A stretch of 58,479 bases of DNA, taken from assembly GCA_964454145.1 (NCBI GenBank), contig CAYVQK010000001.1:1-58479 (forward strand), written 5' to 3'. The position numbers were made by a program, and so were the translations under genes. Within the stretch, counting starts at the first letter, position 1, and the number at the start of each line of letters is the position of its first letter. The notes under the pieces were generated by a model. It was not told the DNA's origin. It saw nothing but the letters and a program-made list of their open reading frames with translations, and ran no database searches. Of the stretch, positions 45,990-55,943 are shown piece by piece. Source of the stretch: an uncultured Oceanicola sp. Lineage in GTDB: Bacteria > Pseudomonadota > Alphaproteobacteria > Rhodobacterales > Rhodobacteraceae.

Positions 45990-47030
45990 ATGTTGGTCGC
46001 CGCGGCCAGCCTTGATGGGCAAGACCAAGGCGCTTCCACGTCGGACGGCGGGCCGGCCGTGAGCGCGGCGCCTGCCCCGCTGCTGTCGGTCGAGAACCTC
46101 GGCGTCAGCTTCCCGGCCAAGGGCGGCGCGCGGACCCATGTGGTGGAAGGCCTCAGCTATGCCATCGGGCCCGGCGAAACGCTCGGGATCGTCGGCGAGA
46201 GCGGCTGCGGCAAGACGATGACCTCGCTCAGCCTGCTCGGCCTGATTCCGGGCCGGGGCGCGGCGACGGGGGCGATCAACTTCGAGGGCCGCAACCTTCT
46301 GGAGCAGGACGAGGCCGCCTGGCGGGCCCTGCGCGGCCGGGACATCGCGATGATCTTCCAGGAACCGATGACGGCGATGAACCCGGTGATGACCGTGGGT
46401 GCGCAGATCGCCGAGGTGCTGGAGGTGCACGAGCGCCTTGGCCGCCGTGCCGGGTTCGAGCGGGCGGTGGAGCTGCTCGAGGCGGTGGGCATCCCGTCGG
46501 CGCGAGCACGGGCCGCCGACTATCCGCACCAGCTTTCGGGCGGGATGCGGCAACGCGCGATGATCGCCATGGCGCTCGCCTGCCGCCCCAAGCTGCTGGT
46601 GGCAGACGAGCCCACCACGGCGCTCGACGTCACGATCCAGGCCCAGATCCTCGACCTGATCCTCGAACTGCAGGACGACACCGGCATGGCGGTGCAGTTC
46701 ATCACCCACAACCTCGCCGTAGTCTCGGAACTCGCCCATCGCATCCTGGTGATGTACGCCGGGCGCGGAGTGGAATACGCGCCCTCCGAGGCGCTGTTCG
46801 AGACGCCACTGCACCCCTACACCCGCGGCCTGATCGAGACCCTTCCGGACCCGGACGTGAAGGTCGAGCGCCTTCCGGTGATCCGCGGCAGCCTTCGTGT
46901 CCAGCCGCAGAGCGGATGCCGCTTCGCCCCTCGTTGCCCGCTGGCCACGGAGGCCTGCAGCGCGGCCGAACCACCGCTGCGCGAGGTGGCGCCCGGGCAC
47001 CACGTGGCCTGCATCATGGTGTCACCATGA
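45990..47030 (+). CDS. Opp ABC ATPase (OppD-like); alternative GTG start at 46059
   Basis: [24 protein letters not shown]. Confidence 0.9.
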   Translation: MLVAAASLDGQDQGASTSDGGPAVSAAPAPLLSVENLGVSFPAKGGARTHVVEGLSYAIGPGETLGIVGESGCGKTMTSLSLLGLIPGRGAATGAINFEGRNLLEQDEAAWRALRGRDIAMIFQEPMTAMNPVMTVGAQIAEVLEVHERLGRRAGFERAVELLEAVGIPSARARAADYPHQLSGGMRQRAMIAMALACRPKLLVADEPTTALDVTIQAQILDLILELQDDTGMAVQFITHNLAVVSELAHRILVMYAGRGVEYAPSEALFETPLHPYTRGLIETLPDPDVKVERLPVIRGSLRVQPQSGCRFAPRCPLATEACSAAEPPLREVAPGHHVACIMVSP

Positions 47031-47980
47031 CCGCGCCGCTGCTCGAGGTCCGGGATCTCTCGGTGCATTTTCCGATGCGCGGCGGCCTGTTCCGGCCGGG
47101 GGCGGTGTTACGCGCCATCGAGGATGTCACCCTGACGGTCGCCCGCGGCGAGACGTTGGCCATCGTGGGCGAGAGCGGCTCGGGCAAGTCGACCCTGGGC
47201 TTCGCCGTGGCCGGGCTTCGCACGCCGACCCGGGGTACGGTGCGCTTCGCCCCCGCCCGGCCCCATGCCGGCGGGCGCGACCCCGTGCAGGTGATCTTCC
47301 AGGATCCCTTCTCGGCGCTCGATCCGCGCATGACGGTGGGCGATATCGTCGCCGAGCCGCTGCGTCTGGCCGACACGCCGCCTGCCCGCGCGCTGCGGCG
47401 CGACAAGGTGGCCGAGGCGCTTGAGCAGGTCGAGCTGCCGGCGGACGCCGCCAACCGCTATCCGCACCAGTTCTCCGGCGGGCAGCGGCAGCGCATCGCC
47501 ATCGCTCGCGCGCTGATCGGAGACCCCGAGCTGATCGTGGCCGACGAGCCGCTCTCTGCGCTCGACGTGTCGATCCAGTCGAAGATCCTTAACATGATGG
47601 GCGATATCCGCGCCCGCCACGGCATCAGCTACTTCTTCATCAGCCACGACTTCGGGGTGGTCCGGCATCTGGCCGACCGGGTGGCGGTGCTCTACCTCGG
47701 GCGGATCATGGAGCTGGCCACGGCGGCGGATATCTTCGCCACCCCCAGCCACCCCTACACCCAGGCGCTCTTCGAGGCGGTACCGCGCATAGGGCGCGGT
47801 CGGCGTCAGCGCGGCCAGGCGCTGAAGGGCGAGATCCCCACGCCGCTCGATCCGCCATCCGGCTGCGTGTTTCACACCCGCTGCCCCCGCGCCACCGCCC
47901 TCTGCACCACCGAGCGGCCCCGGCTGGAGCCCGCCCCGGGCCGCCCCGGCCAGCTTTCGGCCTGCCATCACAAGGATTGA
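47027..47980 (+). CDS. Opp ABC ATPase (OppF-like)
   Basis: GESGSGKS, FSGGQRQR, GCVFHTRC. Confidence 0.92.
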   Translation: MTAPLLEVRDLSVHFPMRGGLFRPGAVLRAIEDVTLTVARGETLAIVGESGSGKSTLGFAVAGLRTPTRGTVRFAPARPHAGGRDPVQVIFQDPFSALDPRMTVGDIVAEPLRLADTPPARALRRDKVAEALEQVELPADAANRYPHQFSGGQRQRIAIARALIGDPELIVADEPLSALDVSIQSKILNMMGDIRARHGISYFFISHDFGVVRHLADRVAVLYLGRIMELATAADIFATPSHPYTQALFEAVPRIGRGRRQRGQALKGEIPTPLDPPSGCVFHTRCPRATALCTTERPRLEPAPGRPGQLSACHHKD

Positions 47981-47983
47981 GCC

Positions 47984-48934
47984 ATGCCCCGCTACGCCAT
48001 ATCCCGTCTGCTGCAGGCCCTGCTGGTGGTGCTCATCATGTCGTTCCTGCTGTTCGCCCTGATCGGACTGATGCCCGGCGACCCGCTGGAGAACATGTTC
48101 GAGGGCAACCCCTCGATGACGCCGGAGCTGATGCTGCAGATGCGCGATCTCTACGGCGTCGACCTGCCGATCTGGACCCGCTATTGGAACTGGGCGCAGG
48201 AGGCGGTGCGGGGCGACCTTGGCTATTCCAGCCTCTACTTCCGCCCGGTGCTCGACGTGCTGCTGCCCGCCATGGGGCAGACCGCCAAGCTCCTGTCGCT
48301 CACCCTGCTGGTCTCGGTGCCGCTGGCGATGCTGCTGGGCACCCTCGCGGCGCGCAAGCCCAACGGCTGGGTCGACAGCGCCATCGGCGTGTTCTCCTTC
48401 GCCGCAATCTCGCTGCCCAACTTCTGGGTCTCGCTGCTGTTCATCATCCTCTTCGCGGTCAACCTGGGCTGGTTGCCGGCCTCCGGCACACCGATGAGCG
48501 ACGATGTCTCCTTCTGGGGTGAGCTGCGCCATCTCGTGCTTCCGGTCTCGGTACTGGTGATGTTCCACGTCGGCCCTCTCATCCGCTATGTACGCGCCGC
48601 GATGATCGAGACGCTCTCGGCCGATTTCGTTCGCACCGCGCGGGCCAAGGGGCTGAACGAACGGAAGGTGATGGTGCGGCACGCGCTGCGCAATGCGCTC
48701 ATCCCGATGGTGACGGTGCTGGCGCTCTCCTTCGGCCATCTGTTCTCGGGCGCGCTGGTGATCGAGACGATCTTCGGGATGCTCGGCATGGGCAAGATGA
48801 TCTACGACGCCATCGCCAACGTCGATTACAACCTCGCGCTCGTCGGCCTGCTGCTCGCCATCATCGTGGTGCTGATCTCCAACCTGCTGGCCGACCTGGC
48901 CTATGCCGTGCTCGACCCGAGGATCACGCTGTGA
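47984..48934 (+). CDS. Opp ABC permease (OppB-like)
   Basis: PGDP, GDLGYS, TARAKGL, HALRNAL, DPRI. Confidence 0.93.
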   Translation: MPRYAISRLLQALLVVLIMSFLLFALIGLMPGDPLENMFEGNPSMTPELMLQMRDLYGVDLPIWTRYWNWAQEAVRGDLGYSSLYFRPVLDVLLPAMGQTAKLLSLTLLVSVPLAMLLGTLAARKPNGWVDSAIGVFSFAAISLPNFWVSLLFIILFAVNLGWLPASGTPMSDDVSFWGELRHLVLPVSVLVMFHVGPLIRYVRAAMIETLSADFVRTARAKGLNERKVMVRHALRNALIPMVTVLALSFGHLFSGALVIETIFGMLGMGKMIYDAIANVDYNLALVGLLLAIIVVLISNLLADLAYAVLDPRITL

Positions 48935-49890
48935 CCGACGCGCCCGATACCCCCCGCTTCGCCCGTTCGCCGCTGCCTCCGGCGATCTCGATCTGGCAGC
49001 TCCGGCGCGAGAAGTTCTTCAGCCATCGCCTGGCCACCTGGTCGCTGGTGTTCCTCGCGCTGCTGCTCTTCACCTGCGCCATGGCCTGGCCCTTGGCACA
49101 GATGCTGGGCATCGACCCGAACAAGACGAACCTGCTCGCCCGGTTCCAGCCGCCCTCCGCGAAACACTGGCTCGGCACCGATGATCTCGGCCGCGACGTG
49201 CTGATCCGGCTGCTCTACGGCGGGCAGGTCTCGATCGCCGTGGGCCTCGTGGCCACCGCGATGATGACCGTCGTGGGCGTGACCATCGGGGTGACGGCGG
49301 GCTTCGTCGGCGGTCGGATCGAGATGGTGCTCATGCGGGTGACCGATGTTCTGGTGGCCTTGCCGCTCATTCCGCTGCTCATCGTGCTGGGCTCGGTCGA
49401 CCTGACCAAGCTCGGCATCAGCCCCGGCGCGGCCTCCACGCCGCTCTATATCTTCCTGCGCATCGTCATCATCATCGCACTGGTCGACTGGACGACGATC
49501 GCCCGGATCGCCCGCGCCGGCACGCTGGAGATGCGCGGCCGCGACTACGTGGCGGCGGCGCGGGTGAGCGGGGCTGGGCGGCTCTACAACGTGCTCGTGC
49601 ACGTGCTGCCAAACATCTCCACCCCGCTCATCGTGGCCGCCACGCTCACCGTGGGCCGGGTGATCCTGCTGGAATCGACCCTCAGCTTCCTCGGCTTCGG
49701 CATCGTCCCGCCCACGCCGACCTGGGGCAACATGCTGACCGGCGCGCAGCAGCTCATCATTTCCGCACCCATGCTGGCCGTCTATCCCGGCCTGCTGATC
49801 TTCGCCACCGTCATGGCCGTCAACTTCGTCGGTGACGGTGTGCGCTATGCCTTCGACCCGCGGGCAGAAAACGAGGGCCGGGCTCCATGA
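48931..49890 (+). CDS. Opp ABC permease (OppC-like)
   Basis: HWLGTDDLGRD, AARVSGA, TWGNML. Confidence 0.93.
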   Translation: MTDAPDTPRFARSPLPPAISIWQLRREKFFSHRLATWSLVFLALLLFTCAMAWPLAQMLGIDPNKTNLLARFQPPSAKHWLGTDDLGRDVLIRLLYGGQVSIAVGLVATAMMTVVGVTIGVTAGFVGGRIEMVLMRVTDVLVALPLIPLLIVLGSVDLTKLGISPGAASTPLYIFLRIVIIIALVDWTTIARIARAGTLEMRGRDYVAAARVSGAGRLYNVLVHVLPNISTPLIVAATLTVGRVILLESTLSFLGFGIVPPTPTWGNMLTGAQQLIISAPMLAVYPGLLIFATVMAVNFVGDGVRYAFDPRAENEGRAP

Positions 49891-49915
49891 GCCGAACGCA
49901 ACCAGGGAGGACAAG

Positions 49916-51595
49916 ATGAAACAGTTCAAGACAGTGGCCGCACTGGCGCTGACCACCGCACTCGCCGCCACCGCGCCTAGCGCGCCGCTCCAGGCGCAAC
50001 CCGACAAGACCCGGCTGGTGGTGGGCCAGCTCCAGTTCCTGACCAACTTCCACCCGCTGATCCAGGTGAACAACACCAAGCGGCTCCAGATCAACTACGG
50101 CCTGCACCCGCTGACCGCCTTCAACTGGAATGCCGAGAACGAGTGCATCCTCTGCGAGGAGGTGCCGTCCTTCGACAACGGGCTGGCCGAGATCGTGGAC
50201 AATGCCGACGGCAGCAAGGGCATGCGGGTGACCTTCACCCTGCGCGAAGGTCTCGCCTGGGGCGACGGCGAGCCCGTGACCAGCACCGACGTGGCCTTCA
50301 CGCTGGAAATGGCCAACAACCCCGACATCGGCTTTTCGGAGTTCAACCCGTGGACCCGGGCCAGCGAGATCGAGATCGTGGATGACCGGACCTTCACGCT
50401 GATCCTGCCGGAGGTGACGCCCAGCTTCGCCTCCTGGGACCAGGTGCTGCCCGAACACCTCGAACGCCCGATCTACGAGGCCAACCCGACAAACGACGGA
50501 TACGTGAAGCAGACGCTCTACAACACCGAGCCTACCAACCCCGGCCTGTGGAACGCGCCTTTCGTCCTGTCTGACTACCAGATCGGCACGCGCCTGACCT
50601 GGGCACGCAACCCGCACTGGCCGGGCGAGCCGGCCAAGCTCGAGAGCGTGACCCTCAGCTACCGCGACGACAGCAACGCGCTGGTGCAGAACCTGCTCGC
50701 CGGAGAGATCGACGCCGTGCCCGTCAGCCCCGGCGGCATCAGCTTCAGCCAGATGCTCGACGTGCAGAAATCGCGCGGCGACCAGCTCGCCTACCATGTC
50801 ATCGACGGCACCAACCTCGAGCGCATCGCGGTGAACCTCGACAACCCGGTGCTCGCCGACGTGAACGTGCGCAAGGCCCTGCTCATGGGCATCGACCGCG
50901 AGGCGATCACCACCGCGCTCTTCGAGGGCCAGCAGAAGGTGGCCAACGGCCTGCTGTCCGACAGCAATGCCCTGTTCAACCCGGAGATCGCCAGATACGC
51001 CTTCGATCCCGAGGGCGCCAAGGCACTGCTGGCCGAGGCGGGCTGGACCCCGGGCAGCGACGGCGTCTGCACCAACGCGGCGGGAGACCGCCTCGCGCTC
51101 GACCTAGCCACCACGGCGGGCAACACCACCCGCGAGCAGATCGCGCTGGTGATCCAGGACCAGCTCAGCCAGATCTGCGTGGCGATCACCCCGCAGTTCG
51201 TGCCGCTGCAGGAGTACAACGGCGACCTGTCGCGCAAGCGCCAGTTCTCCGGCCTCATCATGTCGTCGATCCGCTTCTCGCCCTCGACCTCCCCGCGCAT
51301 CGCGCTGGGGACCGACAGGATCCCTACGGAAGAGAACGCTTTCGTCGGCAACAACTTCTCCGGCTATTCCAAGCCCGAGATGGATGCCGCGCTGGACGAC
51401 TTCCAAAACGCGCTGTCGCCCGCCGACAGCCGGGCGGCCTGGGCCGAGATCCAGTCGATCTTCGCCGAGGATCTGCCGATGCTGCCGCTCTACTTCTACG
51501 CCGAGGCCTACGTCAGCACCCCCGATCTGAAGGACTTCAACATCAACACCTTCGACCCGCTGATGATCTGGTCGAAGAACTGGTACCGCGAGTGA
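49916..51595 (+). CDS. Opp/family-5 ABC substrate-binding protein
   Basis: Signal peptide MKQFK.., WGDGEPVTSTDV, VRKAL..IDRE. Confidence 0.92.
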   Translation: MKQFKTVAALALTTALAATAPSAPLQAQPDKTRLVVGQLQFLTNFHPLIQVNNTKRLQINYGLHPLTAFNWNAENECILCEEVPSFDNGLAEIVDNADGSKGMRVTFTLREGLAWGDGEPVTSTDVAFTLEMANNPDIGFSEFNPWTRASEIEIVDDRTFTLILPEVTPSFASWDQVLPEHLERPIYEANPTNDGYVKQTLYNTEPTNPGLWNAPFVLSDYQIGTRLTWARNPHWPGEPAKLESVTLSYRDDSNALVQNLLAGEIDAVPVSPGGISFSQMLDVQKSRGDQLAYHVIDGTNLERIAVNLDNPVLADVNVRKALLMGIDREAITTALFEGQQKVANGLLSDSNALFNPEIARYAFDPEGAKALLAEAGWTPGSDGVCTNAAGDRLALDLATTAGNTTREQIALVIQDQLSQICVAITPQFVPLQEYNGDLSRKRQFSGLIMSSIRFSPSTSPRIALGTDRIPTEENAFVGNNFSGYSKPEMDAALDDFQNALSPADSRAAWAEIQSIFAEDLPMLPLYFYAEAYVSTPDLKDFNINTFDPLMIWSKNWYRE

Positions 51596-51619
51596 CCTCC
51601 CCGCTCCGGAACCCCAGGT

Positions 51620-51643
51620 CGCGGGCCCCTTCGGGGGCCCGCG
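51620..51643 (+). other. Perfect 10-bp GC hairpin with a UUCG tetraloop after the SBP gene
   Basis: CGCGGGCCCC-TTCG-GGGGCCCGCG. Confidence 0.65.
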
Positions 51644-51665
51644 TGCCGCTTGGGGAGAACCCGCG

Positions 51666-52622
51666 GTGAAGATCGGGCTGATGGATGACTACCTGCGTCT
51701 CGCGCCCGGGCTGGCCGATTGGTCCGGCCTCGCGGCACGGGCCGAGATCGAGGTGATCAGCCAGCCGCTTCCCGACGAGGGCGCCGCCGCAGAGGCCCTC
51801 GCCCCCTTCGACATCCTCTGCACCCTGCGCGAACGCACGCCCTTTCCGGCCGGGCTGATCGCCAGGCTGCCGCGCCTGAAGTATCTCTGCGTGACCGGCA
51901 AGCGGTTCGACACGGTCGACCTCGCAGCCTGCCGCGCGGCCGGTGTGGTGGTGTCGAACACCCCCGTGGCCGGAGCGGGCGCGGGCTCCGTCACCGAGCT
52001 GACATGGGGGCTGATCCTCGCGCTCGCCCGCAACATCGCCGCCGAAGACAGGGGCATGCGCGCGGGCGGCTGGCAGCAGGGCGCGGGCATGACCCTGCGC
52101 GGCAAGGTGCTTGGCGTGGCGGGGCTCGGCGGGCTCGGGCAGGACGTGGCCCGCATCGGTTCGGCCTTCGGGATGCAGGTGCAGGCCTGGTCGCCCAACC
52201 TGACCGACGCCCGGGCCGAGGCCGCGGGCGTGCGGCGCGTGGAGAAGCAGGCGCTCTTCGCCACCTCCGACGTCGTCAGCCTGCACCTGGCACTGGGCGA
52301 GACGACACAGGGCATCGTCGATGCCGAGGCCATTGCCGCGATGAAGCCCACCGCCTTCCTCGTCAACACCGCCCGCGCCGGGCTGGTCGACATGGAGGCC
52401 CTCGCTGCGGCGCTGCACGCCCGCCGCATCGCCGGGGCAGGGCTCGACGTCTATCCCGTCGAGCCGCTCCCTGCCGATGATCCGTTGCGCAGGCTGACAA
52501 ATGTGGTGCTCACCCCGCATCTGGGGTATTTCACGCGTGAAATGCTCTCCGCCTATTACACCTACGCCGTCGAAAACATCACCGCCTTCCTCGACGGGGC
52601 GCCGATCCGGGTCGTCTCCTGA
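51666..52622 (+). CDS. D-isomer-specific 2-hydroxyacid dehydrogenase
   Basis: RERT, GLGGLG, LVNTARAG, GLDVYPVEP, TPHLG. Confidence 0.93.
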   Translation: MKIGLMDDYLRLAPGLADWSGLAARAEIEVISQPLPDEGAAAEALAPFDILCTLRERTPFPAGLIARLPRLKYLCVTGKRFDTVDLAACRAAGVVVSNTPVAGAGAGSVTELTWGLILALARNIAAEDRGMRAGGWQQGAGMTLRGKVLGVAGLGGLGQDVARIGSAFGMQVQAWSPNLTDARAEAAGVRRVEKQALFATSDVVSLHLALGETTQGIVDAEAIAAMKPTAFLVNTARAGLVDMEALAAALHARRIAGAGLDVYPVEPLPADDPLRRLTNVVLTPHLGYFTREMLSAYYTYAVENITAFLDGAPIRVVS

Positions 52623-52623
52623 G

Positions 52624-53832
52624 ATGCCGCCCCGCCGTCTGCCCGCGCCGCTGCGGGTGCTGCTGGGCGGACAGTACGGGGTGTTTCAGGCCGGCAACAC
52701 GCTGTCGCTCGTCGGCACCTGGATGCAGCGCATCGCCGCAAGCTGGCTGGTCTGGGAGTGGACGGGCTCGGCCTTCTGGCTCGGGGTGCTCGCAGCCGCC
52801 GACCTGATGCCGGTGATCTTCGTCGGCCCCTTCGCAGGCGTTGCCGCCGACCGCTGGGACAGGCTGCGGCAGAACCGCCTCGCGCAGATTGCCTCGGCCG
52901 TGCTGGCGCTCGGGCTTGCCGCGCTGCTGGCCTCCGGCGCGCTCGGGCTCGGCCTGCTGATCCTCTTCATCGCGTTGCAGGGCGTGCTCATCGCAGCCGT
53001 CCAACCCGCGCGCCTGGCCATGGTGCAGCAGATGGTCCCGCGGGAGGACATGTCGGTGGCGGTGGCGCTGAACTCGGTGGCGGTGAACCTCGCCCGCCTC
53101 GTCGGCCCGGCGGTGGCAGGCGTGCTCATCGCGCAGGATGCCATCCTCTGGGTCTTTCTGCTCAACGCATGGGTGACGGTCATCTTCGTCCTGGTGCTCG
53201 GGCGTCTGCGGCTCGCGCCGCGCGAGAGCGTGCCCGGGCGGGGCAGCTTTCTCGGACAGATGCGCGAAGGCTTCGGCCACGTGCTGACGACGCCCGCGCT
53301 GCGCCGCATCCTGGGGCTGTTGCTGGTTGGCGGCATTCTCACCCGCTCCGTGCTCGAGCTGGTGCCCGCGATCGCCGCCCGCAGCTTCGCCGATGCCAGC
53401 ACCGGGCTGGCCGCCCTGACTGCCACGGCCGCGCTCGGCGCGGTGGTGTCGGGGCTGACGATGCGCGAGGGCCGGACCGAACGTCTGCTGGGCTTCGTGC
53501 TGGTCTGGTGGACGGTGGGCGCTTCGGCAGCGGCGGTGCTGGCCCTGGCACCCAACGGCGCTGTGGCCATGGCGGCGGCGGCCACGACCGGCGCGGCGAT
53601 CACCCGCTGTCTCATAGGCACCCAGACCTTTGCCCAGCTCGCCGTGCCCGATGCGCTCCGCGGGCGCGTGCTCAGCGTGCACGGGGTCATCGCGCGCGGC
53701 AGCCCGGCGGTGGGAGCGCTCGCCGTGGGCTACGCCGCCGACCGGCTGGGGCTTGCCCCGGCGATCGGCGCGGCCAGCGTGGTCATGCTCGCCTGCGTCG
53801 CGGGCCTCGCGCTTCTGCGCCGCAACCGCTGA
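52624..53832 (+). CDS. MFS transporter (DHA3/EntS-like)
   Basis: About 12 TM segments, SLVGTWMQ, GVAADRWDR, RGRVLS. Confidence 0.88.
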   Translation: MPPRRLPAPLRVLLGGQYGVFQAGNTLSLVGTWMQRIAASWLVWEWTGSAFWLGVLAAADLMPVIFVGPFAGVAADRWDRLRQNRLAQIASAVLALGLAALLASGALGLGLLILFIALQGVLIAAVQPARLAMVQQMVPREDMSVAVALNSVAVNLARLVGPAVAGVLIAQDAILWVFLLNAWVTVIFVLVLGRLRLAPRESVPGRGSFLGQMREGFGHVLTTPALRRILGLLLVGGILTRSVLELVPAIAARSFADASTGLAALTATAALGAVVSGLTMREGRTERLLGFVLVWWTVGASAAAVLALAPNGAVAMAAAATTGAAITRCLIGTQTFAQLAVPDALRGRVLSVHGVIARGSPAVGALAVGYAADRLGLAPAIGAASVVMLACVAGLALLRRNR

Positions 53833-53838
53833 GGCTCC

Positions 53839-54744
53839 TCAGGGCTTCAGAAGTTCCATGCACAGGTCGCGCAGCACCCGGAAGCCGGTGTCATGCAGTT
53901 GGCTGTTCAGCCGCCGTGCCCGGAGCACGATCTGCACCTTCAACCCGATCTCCGGCGCCACGATCCGCCGCAGCCGCAATCCCTGGCCCGAGCGCGCGGT
54001 GCGGCGGGCGCGCGGCGTCGCCACCGTCACACCCGCGCCGCTGCGGACCATGTCGAGCGTGGTGTCGAGCGAGTCGAGCTCGCAATCCACCAGCAGCTTG
54101 CGCCCCTCGCGCGAGAAGGCCGCCTCCAGCAACTCGCGCACCCGGTTGGGCCGGGAGGTTATGAGGATCGGCCGGTCGACAAGCTCGGCCAGCGGCACGT
54201 CGGGGCCGAAGGGCTCCGCCGCGCCCTCGGGCATCGGCTCGTAGAGGTGCAGCTTTTCCTCGTAGAGCTCATGGGTCTCCAGCATCGGCGAGTTCGGCGC
54301 GTCGAAGACCACCGCCATGTCGAGCCGGCCGGAGAGGATCCACTCCTGGATCTGCGAGGATCGGCCATTGAGGATATGCACCTTGGCGCCGGGCAGTTCG
54401 GCCTGGAGCTTGCGGATAAGCGCGGTCGAGATCGCCGCAGAGAGCGAGCCCGGCATGCCGATGGCCACCGACCCCACCCGCTTCAGCCGGGCGTTCTCCA
54501 TGTCGGCATAGGTGCGCTCCAGCATCTCCACGATGTCCTGCGCGTGGCGCAACAGGCGCTCGCCCGCTTCGGTCGGCGTCACGCCCCGGCCGTTGCGGAT
54601 GAGCAGCCGCTCCTTCAGCTCGTTTTCCAGCGCGTTCACCTGCCGAGACAAGGCCGGCTGGGCGATGTGGAGAAAGGCCGCGGCCCGGCTGAAACTGCCC
54701 ATCTCGCAGACCTTGGCGAAGTAGTTCAACTGGCGGATGTCCAT
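53839..54744 (-). CDS. LysR-family regulator (Nac-like)
   Basis: MDIRQLNYF..GSFSRAA..IAQPALSRQV..RNGRGV. Confidence 0.95.
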   Translation of the reverse strand: MDIRQLNYFAKVCEMGSFSRAAAFLHIAQPALSRQVNALENELKERLLIRNGRGVTPTEAGERLLRHAQDIVEMLERTYADMENARLKRVGSVAIGMPGSLSAAISTALIRKLQAELPGAKVHILNGRSSQIQEWILSGRLDMAVVFDAPNSPMLETHELYEEKLHLYEPMPEGAAEPFGPDVPLAELVDRPILITSRPNRVRELLEAAFSREGRKLLVDCELDSLDTTLDMVRSGAGVTVATPRARRTARSGQGLRLRRIVAPEIGLKVQIVLRARRLNSQLHDTGFRVLRDLCMELLKP

Positions 54745-54753
54745 GGGCTCGGC

Positions 54754-54781
54754 TCATAACTTGGTGGCATATCTGATACGC
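54754..54781. promoter_or_regulatory. LysR-type box in the divergent lysR/rubredoxin promoter
   Basis: ATA-N9-CAT (T-N11-A) followed by ATCTGA; shares GGCATATCTGA with 44371-44381. Confidence 0.65.
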
Positions 54782-54849
54782 CGGTATTCCCGATTTAAAA
54801 GGTCCGGAACGACAGGTAAAGTCCTTCCGAGCAGCAGAAGGCAAGGCAG

Positions 54850-55035
54850 ATGACCGAGACACCGGGCCAGCGCGTGTGGGAGTGCATCCTGTGCGGGTTT
54901 CAGTACGACGAGGCCGAGGGTGACCCCGACAGCGGGATCGCGCCGGGCACGCCCTGGGAGGATGTGCCGCAGGATTGGGTCTGCCCGGACTGCCGCGCCG
55001 CCAAGGCCGATTTCGACATGGTTCAGGTTGCCTGA
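54850..55035 (+). CDS. Rubredoxin
   Basis: [27 protein letters not shown]; AlkG2-like. Confidence 0.95.
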   Translation: MTETPGQRVWECILCGFQYDEAEGDPDSGIAPGTPWEDVPQDWVCPDCRAAKADFDMVQVA

Positions 55036-55052
55036 CCGGCAAGGAGACCCCG

Positions 55053-55802
55053 ATGCAGACCGTCCACTACAGCGAAAAGGAGCCCGACCGCTTCAAGCGG
55101 GGCCGTGGCTGGAAGGTAAACCTCTTCGGCAAGAACTCCGATGTGCCGCGGAAGGATCTCCAGGCCTTCCGCATCGACATGAGCGCCGACATGCAGCTCG
55201 ACAGCCACTTCCACATCGTCGACCAGTTCCAGATCTTCATCGGCGGCAGCGGCAGCATCGGGCGCGACGATGCCGGCATGATCACCGCCCACTACGCCGA
55301 CCATCACACCGGTTACGGCCCGCTGATTGCGGGCGGACAGGGCATGTCGTACCTCACCCTGCGGTCCAAGACCGACGCTGGTCTGGTCAAGCTCTCCACG
55401 CCGAACGTGCGAGACCTCCTGAAGCCCACCAAGCGGCGGCACCGGGTGTCGTCAAAGGTGGTGCTCTCGATCCCGCCCGTCATGGCACACCTCGAGGCCC
55501 CTCTGGTGGAGACGGTGATGGAGGAGAAGCCCGGCGACGACGGGATGACGGTCAAGGTGGTGCGCCTCGGCGCGGGGCAGGCGATCGACGCGCCGGAGAC
55601 CGGCGGGACGGGCGGTTACTACGTGGTGGTGATGAACGGCAGCCTCGACCATGGCGGCGAGAGCTTCGAGCCCTGGTCGCTGTTCTGGGTCGGGCACGAG
55701 GAGGCGCCGCCATTGCTTAAGGCCGGCGAGGCTGGCGCGGAGGTGCTGATCGCGGTCTTCCCCCGATGGGACGAGTGGATGGCGGCACTGGGCGAAGAGT
55801 GA
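55053..55802 (+). CDS. Hypothetical bicupin-like protein with an HxH metal motif
   Basis: SD AAGGAG; SHFHIVDQFQIFIGGSG cupin motif 1, and a second degenerate beta-barrel (YYVVVMNGSL). Confidence 0.72.
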   Translation: MQTVHYSEKEPDRFKRGRGWKVNLFGKNSDVPRKDLQAFRIDMSADMQLDSHFHIVDQFQIFIGGSGSIGRDDAGMITAHYADHHTGYGPLIAGGQGMSYLTLRSKTDAGLVKLSTPNVRDLLKPTKRRHRVSSKVVLSIPPVMAHLEAPLVETVMEEKPGDDGMTVKVVRLGAGQAIDAPETGGTGGYYVVVMNGSLDHGGESFEPWSLFWVGHEEAPPLLKAGEAGAEVLIAVFPRWDEWMAALGEE

Positions 55803-55943
55803 CGCCGGGGTGCCGCGTGGTGCCGGGAACACCGTGCAGGGGACACGCAGTCGATCCTGCCGGATGGCGTCCTGGGCCTGCTGACCTGCGGTTTTGACGT
55901 CGCCAGGGCCTTCGAGCTCCCGGCGTCGGCGTTCTATGGCCGA

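Noticed and set aside
54850-55035. Alkane hydroxylase system implied by an AlkG-like rubredoxin
   Set aside because: There is no alkB or rubredoxin reductase in the window, and the co-transcribed gene is a soluble cupin-like protein.
55801-55927. MITE-like element bounded by GACGCCGGG/CCCGGCGTC
   Set aside because: It is only a 9-bp GC-rich inverted repeat, single copy, with no target-site duplication. It is more plausibly a structure between convergent genes, or chance.
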